A stretch of DNA of 20,000 bases from an uncultured virus (IMG/VR IMGVR_UViG_3300032677_001301) (taxonomy: Duplodnaviria; Heunggongvirae; Uroviricota; Caudoviricetes). Positions 17,221 to 20,000 of the stretch are shown here, piece by piece. The notes beneath the pieces were generated by a model. The model was not told the origin of the DNA. It saw only the letters and a program-made list of their open reading frames with translations, and ran no database searches. The stretch is from the IMG/VR virus record IMGVR_UViG_3300032677_001301. One strand, written 5' to 3'. A program made the position numbers and the translations under genes. Within the stretch, counting starts at the first letter, position 1. The number at the start of each line of letters is the position of its first letter.

Positions 17221-17457
17221 GACACATTTAAAATTAAATTTCAAGAACGAATCCCACGCAGTTTGGGCAAAGTTATTACTTGGCGCATTATCTTATCTAT
17301 TCAATATTTCATTATTGGGTATGCTACTACAGGTAGTTTGGCAAAAGCCGCTGGCTTAGTTGGAATCACTACCGTTGTTAATAGTGCCATCTACTACTTA
17401 CACGAAAGAGCTTGGAATAAGTCTAATTGGGGTAAAGTAGAAACTATTGACGATTAA
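17218..17457 (+). CDS. DUF2061-family small membrane protein
   Basis: RSLGKVITWRI...two TM segments...YYLHERAW signature. Confidence 0.85.
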   Translation: MDTFKIKFQERIPRSLGKVITWRIILSIQYFIIGYATTGSLAKAAGLVGITTVVNSAIYYLHERAWNKSNWGKVETIDD

Positions 17458-18601
17458 TAGTATTCATTGGCCCAATTTTGTAATGTTGTATAAAAAATTG
17501 TAAGCCATCCGGGGTACCATCGTCTTTGTATTTTAAAAACTTGGTTGCGTTTTTTGTAACGTAATCAAGTCCCTCTTGCCAAATTTTGTGTGCGGCGTGG
17601 TCTTTATATCCTGAAGTAAACCAAGTATCAAATTCACTATGCCAGTCACTAGTTGATTTATCAGTTTGAAACCATGATTGGTCCCAATTAGAATATATTA
17701 CTGGTTTAATCATTGGTTCTTGTATTAGTCGCCAAGTGTCAGAACTTAAATTTTTACGATGCCAAATTTCTTGATACTGTGGATTAGCTTCTAAGAACCG
17801 TTTAATTACATGGCATTGTTTACATAAAATATCTACGGCATCTGGGCTCCAGTAGAAAAACTCCAACGCTGAATTTGTGTAATCTTTAAAACTATCGTCA
17901 ATCGGTACTATATTAACGCCTTTATCAGTAAAGTACATATGAAGATTATTGTTTTCGATAACAGTTCTGGGTTTGTCGATACCAACCACCATAGCTACTT
18001 TGTGTGCTTTATCAAATTGTTTTCTAACATCTTTAAAGTATGAATAATTATATCTTGTTACATTAAGAGGATTTAATCCTTCTTTACGGTCTAACACCCA
18101 GCTAGCATCTCCATACGAAGTAAAAGCATCGAATAAATTTTCGGTTAAATCTAATATAGTTATTTTAGTTCTTGGAATAAGATGTGCTACTTCTTTTAAA
18201 CGAGGTATAGTTTGTAATTGATGTTCGGCTCCGGTATTCCAACTAGCTTTTTGTTTAGGATCTAATACAACAAATTTATCCCATGCTGTTGACATATGGT
18301 TAACAACAATTTCATCGATATGTAATCCTTGGCGAATAAAACTCATTAAAATGTTGTGACTATCTGATCCACCGCTATAACTTAGTATCAGGTAATCGTA
18401 CTTTTCTCTTAGATTCCTGGTGCGTTCGTCATATAACTGGTCTAAAGTTTTTTCGGGTTCCTTAGTCCAGTCGTATGCGGCAAAAAATTCTCGATTAAAA
18501 TTCCATTTAACTTCTTTGTTAACTGATGCCGCAAATAAGCAAGCACGAATTTTAGATTCAAACTTGATACCATCTACTTCATAAAAGCTGTTAATAATCA
18601 T
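17444..18601 (-). CDS. PP-loop ATP pyrophosphatase, third and more divergent member
   Basis: LILSYSGGSDSHNIL PP-loop, GIDKPR, EFFYWSPD. Confidence 0.75.
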   Translation of the reverse strand: MIINSFYEVDGIKFESKIRACLFAASVNKEVKWNFNREFFAAYDWTKEPEKTLDQLYDERTRNLREKYDYLILSYSGGSDSHNILMSFIRQGLHIDEIVVNHMSTAWDKFVVLDPKQKASWNTGAEHQLQTIPRLKEVAHLIPRTKITILDLTENLFDAFTSYGDASWVLDRKEGLNPLNVTRYNYSYFKDVRKQFDKAHKVAMVVGIDKPRTVIENNNLHMYFTDKGVNIVPIDDSFKDYTNSALEFFYWSPDAVDILCKQCHVIKRFLEANPQYQEIWHRKNLSSDTWRLIQEPMIKPVIYSNWDQSWFQTDKSTSDWHSEFDTWFTSGYKDHAAHKIWQEGLDYVTKNATKFLKYKDDGTPDGLQFFIQHYKIGPMNTINRQ

Positions 18602-19488
18602 AATTCTAATGTAGCAGTAAGTTCTTGTAGTATATCGGCTACAGATTTGATAGTAGTAATGTTATCAATAGACGTTCCAACAAATACATGACCATAGTTA
18701 GGATTTTTTATGCCTATCTTTAATCCAGCAGTATGATTAAAATCTTCGTTATCTAATTTTCTAAAGACTAGCGAATTTTGTCGTGCGCCTTGGTCGAATC
18801 TGGTGATATCAGCAGACGAAGATTCGATAAATTTAAGTTTAGTTTCGTTTGAAATTCGACTCTCTTCTGAAGCTGCTAATACTGTGCCGAGACCAACAGC
18901 TAGCGCACCGTTATCTATAAAATACTTAACTTGCTCGGCGGTACCGATGCCACCAGAAACAATGATATAAGCATTTGGACATTTATCTTTTATAATGCCA
19001 AATAGTTCAGTGAGGTCGTTGTACCCTCGACCAGCTCCGTTCACTCCTTTAAGTATGAATCCATCTACATCTGTCCGAATATCCTTAATACCTAAACATT
19101 TTACAAACACTTTAATATTGTTAGCTTTTAATTTTGATAAAGCATCTGAAATCAATAAAGTATCAGCACCATCGGAATCTAATATAAGTTCAATAAATTC
19201 AATTTTATACTTTATTATAATATTCAATATCTTATCTAGAACTAATTCGTTTAAGCTAATACTAAACAACAATTTACTGTCGTTGAATTCTTGTTGATAC
19301 ACAATAAAATCTTCTTCCATTTTAGCTAAGTCAATTTCGATACCGTAGTTGAACACAGATAGGCTAGGAATGCCACCAGCATATCGAACAGCTTTTGCTA
19401 ATTTAATATCGGATACTTGATTCATAGCCATGGCTACTATTGGATATTTACAACCTAACACTTCTTTAAATTTGTTGTTAGAACTCAT
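18598..19488 (-). CDS. Nitronate monooxygenase/FabK-family FMN TIM-barrel oxidoreductase
   Basis: LGCKYPIVAMAMNQVSDIKLAKAV..AGG, SGGIG, GALAVGLGTVLAASEES. Start reassigned to MSSNN (19488); the 26 extra codons in the ORF track run through the promoter and the next gene's start. Confidence 0.85.
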   Translation of the reverse strand: MSSNNKFKEVLGCKYPIVAMAMNQVSDIKLAKAVRYAGGIPSLSVFNYGIEIDLAKMEEDFIVYQQEFNDSKLLFSISLNELVLDKILNIIIKYKIEFIELILDSDGADTLLISDALSKLKANNIKVFVKCLGIKDIRTDVDGFILKGVNGAGRGYNDLTELFGIIKDKCPNAYIIVSGGIGTAEQVKYFIDNGALAVGLGTVLAASEESRISNETKLKFIESSSADITRFDQGARQNSLVFRKLDNEDFNHTAGLKIGIKNPNYGHVFVGTSIDNITTIKSVADILQELTATLEL

Positions 19489-19496
19489 ATAAAAAA

Positions 19497-19552
19497 TATT
19501 TAGCTTAAAAACTGGGCACAAAAAAATAAACAAGTAAATAGTATACAGAGGT
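19497..19552. promoter_or_regulatory. Divergent TAAATA boxes plus SD
   Basis: TATTTA (19497-19502) is 8 nt from the minus-strand ATG. TAAATA (19535-19540) is followed by GAGGT (19548-19552) before the ATG at 19558. Confidence 0.65.
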
Positions 19553-19557
19553 ATTTG

Positions 19558-20000
19558 ATGATACAAAATCCAACAAAAGGTAGTTTAATAGGAACCGAAC
19601 AGGATAAACTTGGAGCCACAGTATTGGTTAGTTTTATTGATGCTATAGGTGGATCGCCATTAGTTCCTTTGCTTATGAAAAACTTTGCAAAATTAATCGA
19701 AGACGGTCATGGTGCTAACTATGTAGCATTTGGTAACAAGAACAAAGCTGTTTATATAGAAGTTGATAATAAGATTGTGGGACATATCGTTTATTATCAT
19801 ATACCGGACGATTCGCTAAACACAGCCCGGATCATACTTAGTTGGGTTGACGAAAATTATCGACAACGCGGCCTTTATAAAATTTTACACAAATACTTTG
19901 AATTAGTTTTAAAAACTGCTGGGTCTAAGCGTATTGCTAGCTATGTGGCTATAGACAATATCGCTCGTTTATCGAGTTGCGAGTCAGTTGGTATGCAAAA
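19558..20000 (+). CDS. GNAT acetyltransferase (3'-truncated by the window edge; absent from the ORF track)
   Basis: Manual translation MIQNPTKGSLIG...EVDNKIVGHIVY...LSWVDENYRQRGLYKIL...DNIARLSSCESVGMQ is open to the end of the window. Motif A is RQRG; SD GAGGT. Confidence 0.8.
   Translation, partial: MIQNPTKGSLIGTEQDKLGATVLVSFIDAIGGSPLVPLLMKNFAKLIEDGHGANYVAFGNKNKAVYIEVDNKIVGHIVYYHIPDDSLNTARIILSWVDENYRQRGLYKILHKYFELVLKTAGSKRIASYVAIDNIARLSSCESVGMQ

Noticed and set aside
4865..18601. 7-deazaguanine (QueC/QueE) DNA-modification pathway suggested by SGGxDS plus radical SAM genes
   Set aside because: The PP-loop proteins lack the C-terminal QueC Cys/Zn motif, the radical SAM proteins carry SPASM/twitch domains unlike QueE, and no FolE, QueD or DpdA is seen.
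18995..19297. 100-aa antisense ORF
   Set aside because: Shadow of the NMO-family gene with Ser/Ile/Asn-biased composition.
19489..19566. 26-codon N-terminal extension of the NMO ORF
   Set aside because: It crosses the divergent promoter and the GNAT start; family similarity begins at MSSNN...LGCKYPIV.
1..20000. CRISPR array, tRNA/rRNA, transposase, intron/intein or stop-codon recoding
   Set aside because: No regular repeats or RNA-gene-sized gaps; ORFs tile the window intact under the standard bacterial code.

Overview
AT-rich, very gene-dense 20 kb segment most consistent with a large tailed-phage genome. The evidence is a Thr/Ser-rich virion-type protein, a T4-style cUUCGg terminator and TAAATA late-promoter-like boxes; no host housekeeping genes, RNA genes, CRISPR arrays or mobile elements were seen. 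It opens with a putative structural gene and an operon with three GT-A glycosyltransferase-like genes. Then comes a ~15.5 kb tailoring-enzyme island: a SAM methyltransferase-like protein, four SPASM/twitch radical SAM enzymes, three Fe(II)/2-oxoglutarate oxygenase-type proteins (one TauD-like), three stand-alone PP-loop (SGGxDS) ATP pyrophosphatases, two or three GNAT-like proteins, a membrane desaturase, a compact Rieske oxygenase, a DUF2061 membrane protein and a nitronate-monooxygenase/FabK-family flavoprotein. The island switches strand eight times. Every divergent junction carries back-to-back TAA(A/G)TA boxes, mostly 4-8 nt from an SD-less ATG. My best hypothesis (inference only) is a late-expressed, partly leaderless phage pathway that chemically decorates the virion or makes a small molecule. 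All family calls come from motif recognition by eye; no searches were run.
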